A stretch of DNA of 64,000 nucleotides, taken from assembly GCA_002441305.1 (NCBI GenBank), contig DJVT01000003.1, positions 39,226 through 103,225 on the forward strand, read 5' to 3'. This DNA is from Candidatus Omnitrophica bacterium UBA6249 (lineage in GTDB: Bacteria > Omnitrophota > Gorgyraeia > Gygaellales > Profunditerraquicolaceae). Both the position numbers and the translations under genes were made by a program. The first letter of the stretch is position 1; every line of letters starts with the position of its first letter. A model generated the notes under the pieces. It did no database searches, had not been told where the DNA came from, and worked only from the letters and a program-made list of their open reading frames with translations. This document shows, one piece after another, positions 17,501 through 26,828 of this stretch.

Positions 17501-19471
17501 TTATTCGTATCTTAACGCCTCTATAGGATTGAGCCGGGAAGCCTGCTTTGCCGGCCATAAACCGAAGACTACGCCGACGACCAGAGAAAATACCGTAGAA
17601 AGAAGAATTGAAGAAGCGGATACTTTAACCGACCATCCGGAGAATAAAGTTATAAGCAGGGATACTCCTCCTCCCAATGCGACCCCGGATAGGCCCCCGA
17701 TAAAAGACATTAAGACCGCCTCGATCAAGAATTGCGTCATAATATCTTTATTGTTCGCTCCGATAGCCTTGCGCAACCCGATCTCCCTGGTGCGTTCAGT
17801 TACGGAAACAAGCATAATATTCATTATCCCTATCCCCCCTACAAGCAGGGATATGGCGGCAATCGAGCCCAGGAGTATCGACATGGTCTGGGTGGTCGCT
17901 TCCAGGGTTTTCTTGATATCGGACATATTGCGTATCTGGAAGGATTCCTTCTGGTCGCGGGTGATCAGGCGGTGCTGTTTTATGATAAGCTTGCTGATCT
18001 CCTCTTCGGCGGCGTCTATCGTATCCGGCCCTGCAGCCTCTACATAAATAGAATCCACATATTGTTTGCCAAGCACCCTGTACATGGCGGTGGTTATCGG
18101 GATAAGCACCGTATCATCCTGGTCTTGCGGACCTGCGGATCCCTTTTCCGGGAGGATGCCGATGACTTTAAAATTCATCAGGTTGATTTTTATGGTTTCT
18201 CCGATAGGGTTATCGGTGCCGAAAAGTTCTTTGACCACGGTAGTCCCGAGCAGGACAACCTTATTCCTCATCCTCACTTCTTCCGGGGTAAAGAATCTTC
18301 CTACTGTCGGTTCAGCCGACCTTAATTTGGCATAACTCACGCTTACGCCTTCAAGCTGGGTATTCCAGTTCTTGTCCGCGTAAACAAGCTGCACCCTGTC
18401 CCTGACCGAAGGGCTGGCGTCTTTTACAGCGCTCAATTTCTTTATACCCTCCACATCCTGGAAAGTAAAACGGGTCACCGTGCCGGACTGGAAAGCCACT
18501 CCTCCCGACCTATGGGCCCCTGGGCGCACCATAAGAAGGTTCGACCCTAACGAAGCCAGCTGTTTTTCTATCGATTCCTTGGCGCCCTGGCCGATAGCGA
18601 GCATGGCGATAACCGCGGCAACCCCGATAAGTATCCCGAGTATGGATAAAAATGCGCGCACTTTATGCGAAAGCATCGCGGAAACCGCCTGCTTTAAATA
18701 ATCCAAAAACTGCATGCCGCCTTTCATGGTATTCCCCGCCCTGGCAAGCACGCTTTTTACCATATCTTCCTGCACCTGCGTACCGGCGGGATTCCCCCCT
18801 CCCGGAATAGCCTGATCGGAAATAATCTGGCCGTCGCGCATCTGGATTATGCGCCTGGCATGAGCGGCAATCTCCCTCTCGTGGGTTACGATAACGACCG
18901 TCTTGCCCTGGCGGTTAAGCCTTTCGAGTATAGAGATAATCTCGTCTTTACTCTTGGAATCGAGGTTCCCGGTAGGCTCATCGGCGAAGATTACCGGTGG
19001 ATCGTTTACCAGGCTCCTGGCAATCGCCACCCTCTGCTGCTGCCCGCCGGACATCTCGTTCGGGCGGTGCGATAATCTCGCTCCCAAGCCGACCTCTTCA
19101 ATTTCTTTCCGGGCGCGCTCCTTCATATGCCTCTTTCCGGCATAGATCAAAGGGAGCTCCGCGTTCTCCAAAGCGGTCATTTTCGGAAGCAGGTGGAACT
19201 GCTGGAATACAAAACCCACCAACTGATTCCTGACCACTGCCAACTCCCTGTCGGTTAACCTGGTAATGTCTTCCCCTCCTAAGAAGTATTTTCCGGAATC
19301 CGGACGGTCCAGAAGGCCCAGGACATGCATGAGGGTAGATTTTCCCGAACCGGAAGCTCCCATAATCGCGACGAACTCTCCGGAGGAAATCTTCAGGGAG
19401 ACATCCTTCAGGGCATCAACCTTCACGCTGCCCATTTGATAAGTCTTGTACAAGTTCCTTGCTTCGATCAT
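17501..19471 (-). CDS. macB: MacB-type ABC transporter (fused ATPase-FtsX permease)
   Basis: Walker A GASGSGKST, signature MSGGQQQR, Walker B VIFADEPTGNLD, and a C-terminal 4-TM FtsX-like domain with a large periplasmic loop. Confidence 0.95.
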   Translation of the reverse strand: MIEARNLYKTYQMGSVKVDALKDVSLKISSGEFVAIMGASGSGKSTLMHVLGLLDRPDSGKYFLGGEDITRLTDRELAVVRNQLVGFVFQQFHLLPKMTALENAELPLIYAGKRHMKERARKEIEEVGLGARLSHRPNEMSGGQQQRVAIARSLVNDPPVIFADEPTGNLDSKSKDEIISILERLNRQGKTVVIVTHEREIAAHARRIIQMRDGQIISDQAIPGGGNPAGTQVQEDMVKSVLARAGNTMKGGMQFLDYLKQAVSAMLSHKVRAFLSILGILIGVAAVIAMLAIGQGAKESIEKQLASLGSNLLMVRPGAHRSGGVAFQSGTVTRFTFQDVEGIKKLSAVKDASPSVRDRVQLVYADKNWNTQLEGVSVSYAKLRSAEPTVGRFFTPEEVRMRNKVVLLGTTVVKELFGTDNPIGETIKINLMNFKVIGILPEKGSAGPQDQDDTVLIPITTAMYRVLGKQYVDSIYVEAAGPDTIDAAEEEISKLIIKQHRLITRDQKESFQIRNMSDIKKTLEATTQTMSILLGSIAAISLLVGGIGIMNIMLVSVTERTREIGLRKAIGANNKDIMTQFLIEAVLMSFIGGLSGVALGGGVSLLITLFSGWSVKVSASSILLSTVFSLVVGVVFGLWPAKQASRLNPIEALRYE

Positions 19472-19484
19472 CTTGCCCTATGAG

Positions 19485-20450
19485 TTATTTTTTGCGCGAC
19501 ATCTTCGGCATGAACGGATTACTGCCCGTATCGCTGCTGCTCGGAAATACGTATTTCTTGCTCGTAATGATTAACGTATCGTCGGCATTCAGGCCGGAAA
19601 GCACTTCATAATTCTTATCGTCGGTTATCCCCAGTTCGACGGCCTGGCTTGCCGGGTTTCCTCCGTTGCCCTCTTTCAAAAACACATAACTCCTGCCGTT
19701 TTCCTTGCGCACGGCCTCCACCGGGATCAACAGCGCATTATCCTTCCCTTCCACTTTGAAGTCTATCGTCGCATTCATCCCGGAACGGAAGAATTCGGGG
19801 ATTTTATCCGGGATAAGGTCTACCTTGTATATAGTTACATTGTTAACGGTTTCGGACTCATAATATATATGCTCCACTTTAGCGTCTATATTTATATCGG
19901 GATAGGCGTCAAGAATAATGGTGGCCTTCTGGTCCAGTTTAACCTTGCCTATGTCAGTTTCATCCACCTGGGCCCGCACGATCAATTTATCCGAAAGGAC
20001 TATTACCGCATCGGAAGTGGTCACCGTCTGCCCGGGTTGAGTGGTAGCGACAATAACCTCCCCTTTTATCGGGGAAAGCAGCGCTATCGGTTTATAAGCC
20101 TCCTGCCAGTATTTAAGCTTCTCCTCCCCCTGTCCGCGGGCGGAATCCAGCAAAGCCGCCCTCTCTGTCGAACTCATCCAGGCAAGGACCTGCCCGACAG
20201 CCACATTATCCCCCTCCTTGACCAGTACGCTCTCCACCCTGCCGCTCACGGGCGGGATTATCTCAAGACGGTTCTTGGGATAAACCGTACCGGTGGTGGA
20301 AACAATATTATAAATGCTCCCTACGTTCGGCCTTATCTCCCGGATAATCTCCGAATCGGATTTGGGGTTCCTGTACAGCGCGCGCGCAAGGAATAACGCC
20401 GCCCCCAGGATTACGACCGCCAACAAGATCTTCGTTTTCTTATTGCGCAT
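19485..20450 (-). CDS. MacA/HlyD-family periplasmic adaptor
   Basis: Start trimmed to MRNKKTKILLAVVILGAALF. Lipoyl/barrel motifs are present, and it sits upstream of macB. Confidence 0.85.
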   Translation of the reverse strand: MRNKKTKILLAVVILGAALFLARALYRNPKSDSEIIREIRPNVGSIYNIVSTTGTVYPKNRLEIIPPVSGRVESVLVKEGDNVAVGQVLAWMSSTERAALLDSARGQGEEKLKYWQEAYKPIALLSPIKGEVIVATTQPGQTVTTSDAVIVLSDKLIVRAQVDETDIGKVKLDQKATIILDAYPDINIDAKVEHIYYESETVNNVTIYKVDLIPDKIPEFFRSGMNATIDFKVEGKDNALLIPVEAVRKENGRSYVFLKEGNGGNPASQAVELGITDDKNYEVLSGLNADDTLIITSKKYVFPSSSDTGSNPFMPKMSRKK

Positions 20451-21732
20451 ATTCCAACGTCTCTCCTTTCGCGTAAACCCAATTGGCTTCGGCAAGCAAG
20501 GCGTTTGCCTGGGCGTTTAGAAAAGATTTCTTGGCTTTTACAAGGTTATCTTCGATTATTGTCCAGTTGTCGAACGTGATGAAACCGGTGGAGTACTGCG
20601 CTTCCGCTATAGTAGAACGCTCCACCGCGGCATCCAGGGCCTTGCGCTGGACATCCACCGTTTCTATTCCGTCCTGCAGTAAGGCCCATGCCTGCTCAAG
20701 GCTGACAAGCGCGCTGTCCCTGACATTTTTCTCATCCGCCTCCGCCTGCCGGTAAGCAGATTTACTCTGGGCGAGCTGGGCAAGCCTCATGCCCCCTTCG
20801 AATATAGGGATGCTCACGCTTAATCCCGCGCTCAAATTCTTATCCCTGGGAGGCCAATTCGAACCGCTCTTGTCCGCGCTCAAGCTCCCCAGGATTTGCG
20901 GTGCGAAGTCGGCGTAGGCTGATTTTATGTCGAAAGATGCAGCGTTCTTCTTGGCGGCGGCCTGGAGCAAAGAAGGGTTGTTTTCCACGATCAGTTCAAA
21001 ATCCGGCTTTTCCCTGGCGCTGTCGGCGACATCAAATCCGCCCTTGGCGTATAAAGGGGAAAAACTGCCTCTCCCCATCTCCTTGCTTAACCTCCTTTGC
21101 GCGTAATCAAGGTCTCTTTTTGCCTGGGCGACTTCAAAGTTCGCCTCTGCCACATCCGCCTCGGCGGTAAGCAAGGCCCCGCGGTGCTCTAGCCCTGACT
21201 GGTAACGCAAAGTTATCAATTCCAGGTTTTCTCTCCTTATTTTCGATATTTCCTCTGCCACATGGATCAACTCTTGGGCCTGCAAAAGATTGACAAAAGC
21301 GCCGCGCAGGCTCAACCTTACCTCGGAAGAAGTAAAACGGTACGCCTCCCGGGCAGCCCTTACTTCTTCGGATGCGGATTTTACATCATTGACGGTCTTA
21401 AGGCCGTCGAACAACAATTGCGTTCCGCTTACCCCGTAATTATATGAATCATTGGTTTTATCCGTCCTTACCCCCGTATCCGCATTGGTGGAAGTCACCT
21501 TTGCCGTAGATACGCCGGCGCTTGCGGATACCTGCGGATAAAGCGCGCTGGCAGTTATATCCTTGCCGGCGGCCTGCTGATTGACGCTCTCTACGGCAGA
21601 GATAAGCTGGGGGTTGTTCTTTCTGGCCTCGGCTATACAACCCTGCCAGTTAAGTTCCTCCTGGGCGTACGCCTGCGCCGAAAAAAACCCGCACACCAGC
21701 AAGAACGCTGTAGTTCTGACTAATAAGTTCAT
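20440..21732 (-). CDS. TolC-like outer-membrane efflux protein
   Basis: Signal peptide (AQAYAQE) and duplicated OEP repeats. It is the first gene of the MacAB-like operon. Confidence 0.9.
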   Translation of the reverse strand: MNLLVRTTAFLLVCGFFSAQAYAQEELNWQGCIAEARKNNPQLISAVESVNQQAAGKDITASALYPQVSASAGVSTAKVTSTNADTGVRTDKTNDSYNYGVSGTQLLFDGLKTVNDVKSASEEVRAAREAYRFTSSEVRLSLRGAFVNLLQAQELIHVAEEISKIRRENLELITLRYQSGLEHRGALLTAEADVAEANFEVAQAKRDLDYAQRRLSKEMGRGSFSPLYAKGGFDVADSAREKPDFELIVENNPSLLQAAAKKNAASFDIKSAYADFAPQILGSLSADKSGSNWPPRDKNLSAGLSVSIPIFEGGMRLAQLAQSKSAYRQAEADEKNVRDSALVSLEQAWALLQDGIETVDVQRKALDAAVERSTIAEAQYSTGFITFDNWTIIEDNLVKAKKSFLNAQANALLAEANWVYAKGETLEYAQ

Positions 21733-21756
21733 AAATTACCTGTAATATGCCGCTGT

Positions 21757-22257
21757 TTAATCATCCAAAGGAGGAAGTCCTTTGGGGGGACGCATGGCGC
21801 CCTCCCCCTCGTCGCATTCCTCTCCCCGCATCATTTTTATCCTCTTCCTGAACTTTGCCTGTATTTCTTTGAATTTATCCTTCTGCTCCGGGGTTAAAAC
21901 CTCCATGATCTTCTTGTCGCTCTCTTCTTTTATGCCCTTTATTACTCCCCGCAGGTCTTTGCCGGTTTTATCTATCTTTACCCGGACATCTTCCAGTATA
22001 CGCTCGACCTTAACCCTCTGTCCCTGGTCAAGATTCAGCTTGTCCGTCAGCATGTCTATTGGGCTGCCATGCCTTTTCCAGCCATGCCCGTCTTTCATGC
22101 CATACCCCATAAAACGCTCCGCCTTTTCTGCGAAATCAGGCCGGCCATGGCCATACCAGGGCAGGCAAGCCTGCCTCACTATGCTCGCCCCCAGCAATAC
22201 TCCGGCGAATACGCACAATACCCCGAATAACGAAACATATACGACATTCTTGTTCAT
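21757..22257 (-). CDS. periplasmic LTXXQ-motif (Spy/CpxP-like) protein
   Basis: N-terminal TM/signal and an LTPEQKDKFKEI motif in a charged helical protein. It lies downstream of the sigma/anti-sigma pair. Confidence 0.55.
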   Translation of the reverse strand: MNKNVVYVSLFGVLCVFAGVLLGASIVRQACLPWYGHGRPDFAEKAERFMGYGMKDGHGWKRHGSPIDMLTDKLNLDQGQRVKVERILEDVRVKIDKTGKDLRGVIKGIKEESDKKIMEVLTPEQKDKFKEIQAKFRKRIKMMRGEECDEGEGAMRPPKGLPPLDD

Positions 22258-22277
22258 CCCGCACCCCCTTTTTTATC

Positions 22278-22718
22278 TCAGCCTTCCTGCCCGAGCATCA
22301 AAACCAAAACCGCTGCGGTATTCGTACGCGAACCGCTCAATACATAATCCTCCAGCGAGTAAGTATCCGGACTGCGGCCAAAACTCGCAACCAGTAATAG
22401 GAAAGACAGGGCTATCGCGGTAACCGGCACGGGAATAAACCGGAGTGAAAAATCACCCGCGCCCGACCAGCACCATTCCCGCTTTCTCCCCCCGGTGCGC
22501 GCTATCCTGTCGCGCAAGCGGCAAAGCAGGTAATCTGCCGGCAGCGTCTTCTTTTCTCCGCAAGAAATGGTTTCCTTGATTTTTACCAACCCGGCGAGCT
22601 CCTCCCTGCATGAAGGGCAAATGTCAAGATGGCGTCTCAGGCGGAAAGCTTCGGCATCCCCGGACTCGCCGTCGGCATAACGGGACAAAAGCCTCTTTAC
22701 CCTGGAACACTCTTTCAT
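22278..22718 (-). CDS. anti-sigma factor (zf-HC2 type)
   Basis: The N-terminal segment CSRVKRLLSRYADGE...HLDICPSCREEL has the HxxxCxxC zinc motif. There is a single central TM. The start overlaps the sigma-factor stop by 4 nt. Confidence 0.75.
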   Translation of the reverse strand: MKECSRVKRLLSRYADGESGDAEAFRLRRHLDICPSCREELAGLVKIKETISCGEKKTLPADYLLCRLRDRIARTGGRKREWCWSGAGDFSLRFIPVPVTAIALSFLLLVASFGRSPDTYSLEDYVLSGSRTNTAAVLVLMLGQEG

Positions 22719-23272
22719 TTACTCTCCCCCGAAATCTTCAAGATTTCCCTTTTGAGCATCTGCCTGGCACGAAAAATCCTTGATTCTACCGTACCTATTC
22801 CGCAACGCAATACTTCCGATATCTCCGCGTAGCTTAATCCCTCTATATCCTTGAGCACAACCGCCGCGCGGAACTTGAAAGGCACAGCCGCCAGGGCCCG
22901 GGAAACGGTTCTTTCCTTTTCTTTCTCAAGCAGGCTCTCCCTCGGCCCGCTTCCGGGATAAACGCTCTCTTCCGTAAGCTGCCCGCGCAAGAACCCGCGC
23001 CTCTTGCGCAAAAAATCATATACCGTATTGACGGTAATCCTGTAAAGCCAGGTGGGAAACGCGCTGCGCCCCTTAAATGACTCCAGGCTCCGGTACACCT
23101 TCAGAAAGACCTCCTGCACAATATCCTCGCTTTCGGCATCATGCCTGATGAAAGAGTACACTATATTAAGCACCTTATCCTGGTATTTCCTTACCAGCGC
23201 CTCAAAGCCTGCTTCTTCACCGGAAAGAAACTGTATAATATACGAACTATCCTCTTCCAAGCGTTCTTCCAT
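22715..23272 (-). CDS. ECF-type RNA polymerase sigma factor
   Basis: Region 2 (DIVQEVFLKVYRSLESF) and region 4 HTH (LSYAEISEVLRCGIGTVESRIFRARQML). Confidence 0.9.
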   Translation of the reverse strand: MEERLEEDSSYIIQFLSGEEAGFEALVRKYQDKVLNIVYSFIRHDAESEDIVQEVFLKVYRSLESFKGRSAFPTWLYRITVNTVYDFLRKRRGFLRGQLTEESVYPGSGPRESLLEKEKERTVSRALAAVPFKFRAAVVLKDIEGLSYAEISEVLRCGIGTVESRIFRARQMLKREILKISGESK

Positions 23273-23314
23273 GTATTAGACGCGGGAAACCGTATTTTAT
23301 TCCCGTTTTTTTAA

Positions 23315-23584
23315 TTATTTTTCCGCCCGGGCGGAATCCTTTTTCCCTGTATGCTTAAGAAGCTCCCCTTTAAGTCCGGACATCCGGCTGAAGAATTCCA
23401 GGAACTTATTGAATTCATCCTCCGGGAATATGCTAAAGGTCCTCTTCTGGTTAGGCGGGCCGGAAATAATAATAAGATTATCCCCCGGTTTTATGCCCAT
23501 CGTCTTGCGGGCCTCGGCCGGAATTACGATTTGCCCTTTCGTGCCCACGGATACCTTCCCGAATAATTTAGGAAAATTGTTCAT
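23315..23584 (-). CDS. AbrB/MazE/SpoVT-family DNA-binding protein
   Basis: The swapped-hairpin motif KGQIVIPAEARKTMGIKPGDNL is present. No adjacent toxin-like partner is seen. Confidence 0.8.
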   Translation of the reverse strand: MNNFPKLFGKVSVGTKGQIVIPAEARKTMGIKPGDNLIIISGPPNQKRTFSIFPEDEFNKFLEFFSRMSGLKGELLKHTGKKDSARAEK

Positions 23585-23625
23585 CTCTGCCCCTTTTTAC
23601 AGTTTTAATTGAATATAATGTATGC

Positions 23626-23683
23626 CTTGTATTACAAGTATTCCTTTTCATACAAATTATACAGCGCCCTCCTGCCCTGTCAA
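23626..23683 (-). promoter_or_regulatory. near-consensus promoter and leader palindrome of the AbrB-like gene
   Basis: On the minus strand, TTGACA (23678-23683) is separated by 16 nt from TATAAT (23656-23661). The leader contains the palindrome CTTGTA-t-TACAAG (23626-23638). Confidence 0.55.
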
Positions 23684-23694
23684 CACAAATTGAC

Positions 23695-23726
23695 AAAAAA
23701 ACAGCCCCCGGTAAAACCGGGGGCTG
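23695..23726 (-). terminator. rho-independent terminator
   Basis: On the minus strand, CAGCCCCCGG-tttta-CCGGGGGCTG (10-bp stem, 23702-23726) is followed by seven T (23695-23701). It lies 33 nt after the FolE2-like stop. Confidence 0.8.
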
Positions 23727-23758
23727 CCCATAAGGAATCCGCAGTTATATGCGGATAA

Positions 23759-24544
23759 TTATATATCTTCCTCGTAAGAGCTGAAAGGAATCCACATGCT
23801 CTTTTCCGTGCTGATAGAAGTGCTGTAGGAATGCAGCATGCCGAAGTTGAAACAATCCACCTTGTAAGAATCGATGCTGCGCATATGCGCCAGCTCATCC
23901 TTTATCTCGTCCACCATCACCACGCTGCTTTTTTTCTGGGAATGCACCTTCTTTATGACGTATGCCTGGTCATCTTCGGTAAGAAAGGAATATATCGGCA
24001 TAAGGGCGTGCCTGTCCACCAGGGAAACCAGGTCTTCGGGAAATATATCGTTCTTGGACTCGGTCTCTATGGCCACCGTGCTTAACTGTCCGAACAATCC
24101 TTCGGGCTTGTCGAAAGAAACCGGATAGGTGGTTACGCAGGGAACATGGATTTTGAATATGACCCTTGCCTTGCCTCCCTCATCCGTATTTACGGAATAA
24201 CTGCATAAATAGCGGGTCAGGCATTTCTCTTTGGAAAAAGGAGTGCGTTTCTCGATGAAAAAAGGGTATTGGAATTCGATTCTCACCGTAGAGGCCTTGA
24301 GCTGCCTTACGTAATCCTTTATATTTGCCTTCAGGGTCTTTGTCCCTATGCGCTCCCGGTGGAGATGCAGCACCTGGATGAATTTATCTATCCACCCTGC
24401 TTCGAATTCGTGCATAATACGGGCGGAAATGGAAATATCGGCTACGGTAAACTGTCCGTTCTTATGCACTTTTGATACGACCTTCATGGGAAAAGGCATA
24501 TTCCTCATCCCCACATCTTCCAAATAACGCTTCTCCTGTTTCAT
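23759..24544 (-). CDS. FolE2/MptA-like (GTP cyclohydrolase I type 2 family) protein, catalytic motifs not evident
   Basis: The size and several blocks resemble FolE2 (RIEFQYPFFIEKRTPFS versus the FolE2 FPFF..K..P.S block; C-terminal FNFGMLHSYS versus ENFESIHNHS). I do not see the Cys/His metal-ligand motifs I remember for FolE2 (KGTHMSRF, CPCS, HNQRS). Confidence 0.45.
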   Translation of the reverse strand: MKQEKRYLEDVGMRNMPFPMKVVSKVHKNGQFTVADISISARIMHEFEAGWIDKFIQVLHLHRERIGTKTLKANIKDYVRQLKASTVRIEFQYPFFIEKRTPFSKEKCLTRYLCSYSVNTDEGGKARVIFKIHVPCVTTYPVSFDKPEGLFGQLSTVAIETESKNDIFPEDLVSLVDRHALMPIYSFLTEDDQAYVIKKVHSQKKSSVVMVDEIKDELAHMRSIDSYKVDCFNFGMLHSYSTSISTEKSMWIPFSSYEEDI

Positions 24545-25602
24545 TTCGACACCTCCTTACACCAATCTGACAAGACTCTCCATTTATTATACTTCAAATA
24601 AAATACATTCACCCGGGAGGCGCTGTGCGTCAGGTCAGCGATCTCCCCTGAACCGGAAGTAACGCTCCCGGCCTTTAAACCCAGAAAATCAAGACTCCGG
24701 CAGAACAGGCGGATAAAAGGCGAAATGCCTCTAATATCCTCTCCGATAAACATGATCGTATCGACAGACCCGAGGGCGGCGACAAAAGCGCCTACGTATT
24801 TAAGGATATTATAACAATAAATCCTGCGCAAGGCAACCGCTTTGCCCTTATTCCCTCCGCAGAGGACACAGGAAAGCTCGGTTTTCTTCCCCGCCAAAGC
24901 GGCAAACCCGCTCTCCTTTGACAGCAGCCTGTTTATCGCCTCAAAAGACATCCCCGTGGAATGCAGTTGAAAAATCACAGTCGGGTCGATATCCCCGCAG
25001 CTTGATGCGGATATTATCCCTTCCACCTGGGTGAATCCCGTGCTGGTTTCCCGGGCCTTTCCTCCGCAGATAGCGACGACATTGGTATAATTCCCCAAAT
25101 ATATGCTTATTGCCCTGGCGGGCTTTTTCTTCGTCCTGGCGCATATTTTCTTCCACGCCCACTGATGAACCAGCCCCTGGCTCCCGTATCTCCTTATGCC
25201 CCTCCTGCGCAGCTCGTAAGGCACCGCGTAAGTGCTTACCTCCTCGGGCAAATCTACGAAAAAAGCCGTATCGCACAACAAAAGATGCCTGGCACGCGGC
25301 AAGGCCCGCCTGCATTGCCGGACAGCCTTCAGGGTAAGATCGTTATATTCCGGCAGCAGCTTCACGCACCTCTCCAGCCTGCCGATAGATTCCAAAGAGG
25401 CCTCCTCCACGCTGCCCTTAATCATCTCTCCGCCGTGGTAAAGGACATACCCCACGCTGCGCACGCGTTCCAGGCCTCCTATATCGCGCCCCAGCCTGTC
25501 AAGCCAGCCGGCATCAAACAGGCACTTGCCTTCCGAAACCTTTCCATTTTCCATTGCCGCCCAGCGCAGATAAGGAAAAAACGGGTCGAGTATCAACAGC
25601 AT
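24541..25602 (-). CDS. acetate-kinase-family protein, degenerate paralogue
   Basis: It aligns by eye to the upstream acetate kinase (RRYGSQGLVHQW versus RKYGFHGLSYSY; SSCGDIDPTVIF versus STRCGDIDPMLM). It lacks the N-terminal NCGSSS loop, has Q for the catalytic His and S for the Arg, and lacks the C-terminal TEEE. Confidence 0.6.
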   Translation of the reverse strand: MLLILDPFFPYLRWAAMENGKVSEGKCLFDAGWLDRLGRDIGGLERVRSVGYVLYHGGEMIKGSVEEASLESIGRLERCVKLLPEYNDLTLKAVRQCRRALPRARHLLLCDTAFFVDLPEEVSTYAVPYELRRRGIRRYGSQGLVHQWAWKKICARTKKKPARAISIYLGNYTNVVAICGGKARETSTGFTQVEGIISASSCGDIDPTVIFQLHSTGMSFEAINRLLSKESGFAALAGKKTELSCVLCGGNKGKAVALRRIYCYNILKYVGAFVAALGSVDTIMFIGEDIRGISPFIRLFCRSLDFLGLKAGSVTSGSGEIADLTHSASRVNVFYLKYNKWRVLSDWCKEVSK

Positions 25603-25604
25603 CG

Positions 25605-26828
25605 TTACCTCAATAATAATTTAGCCCCCTCGAGGCAGATGATGAACTCCTCTTCGGTAGGCAAAAGCACTATTTTTACTTTGGAATCCTTCTTGTTCAC
25701 CGAGACGATTTCGTCACCGCTCGAAGCGCTGTTCAAATCCGTATCCAGGCGCAGGCCGGCCCATTCCATCCCGCCGCAGACCCTTTCCCTCAGGCGCCAA
25801 TTATGCACGCCTATATCATCCGTAAAAACCAGGGCATCCACGCCTCCGAGAGCGGCGACGTAACTGCCGATATATTTACGCAAGCGGTGTATATACATAT
25901 TAAAAGCCAGGCTCACCCTCCCGATATCTTTTTTCTCGTATACCTTATGGATTATATCGGTGATGTCGCTCGAGAACCCCGAAATCCCCAGAAGCCCGCT
26001 CTTTTTATTGAGTAAATCCATCAGCTCGTCCGGACGGTATCCGTAAGCGGTCATCAGGTAGAGCATCAGCATGGGATCAATATCCCCGCAGCGGGTGCTC
26101 ATCACCAGCCCGGTAAGCGGGGAATAACCCATGGAACAATCTATGGAATGCCCGTATTTTATTGCGCATACGCTCGAGCCTCCGGTCCCCAGGTGGCAGG
26201 CGACGATCTTTGTATCCCCGGTCCTGCGTTTCAGGAAAACCGGTACCTCCCTGGCGACATAAGAATAAGAAAGCCCGTGAAAGCCGTATTTCCTGAACCC
26301 GAATTTCCTGGTTATCCTTTCCGGCAAGGCATAAGTATAAGCATAATCCGGTATAGTGGAATGGAATGCTGAATCAAAGGTAGCGTACTGAACCAAGCCG
26401 GGAAAGAACTTCCTCGATTCGCGTATCACCCCCATGGATATCGGATTATGGATCGGGGCAAGCGGCAGGCACAACAAAAGCTTTTTCAAATTAGGCGTAT
26501 CCAGCAAAACTGATCCCTTGAAATGGTTCCCCCCGTGCACGAAACGGTGCCCCACGCAATCTACCTTGATACGCTCTTTTTCTATGTATTTAAGGATCAG
26601 CCTGGCGGCTGCCTGGTGGCTGGCTATGGGGACAACGACCTTCTCGGACTTGCCGTCAAAACGGTGCTCCACGAAGGAGGAAACGGCACCTTTAACCCCT
26701 ACCCTATGCGCCTTACCGTGGGCAACTACAGCAATATCCGATAAACTTTTTACCCGGAATATCTTATATGTCAGCGAAGAGCTGCCGCAGTTAAAAACCA
26801 GGATATTAAGAGGCTCCTTATGCGCCAT
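25605..26828 (-). CDS. ackA: acetate (propionate) kinase
   Basis: ILVFNCGSSSLTYKIF, GHRFVHGG, RKYGFHGLSY, STRCGDIDP and a C-terminal PTEEEF. Confidence 0.9.
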   Translation of the reverse strand: MAHKEPLNILVFNCGSSSLTYKIFRVKSLSDIAVVAHGKAHRVGVKGAVSSFVEHRFDGKSEKVVVPIASHQAAARLILKYIEKERIKVDCVGHRFVHGGNHFKGSVLLDTPNLKKLLLCLPLAPIHNPISMGVIRESRKFFPGLVQYATFDSAFHSTIPDYAYTYALPERITRKFGFRKYGFHGLSYSYVAREVPVFLKRRTGDTKIVACHLGTGGSSVCAIKYGHSIDCSMGYSPLTGLVMSTRCGDIDPMLMLYLMTAYGYRPDELMDLLNKKSGLLGISGFSSDITDIIHKVYEKKDIGRVSLAFNMYIHRLRKYIGSYVAALGGVDALVFTDDIGVHNWRLRERVCGGMEWAGLRLDTDLNSASSGDEIVSVNKKDSKVKIVLLPTEEEFIICLEGAKLLLR

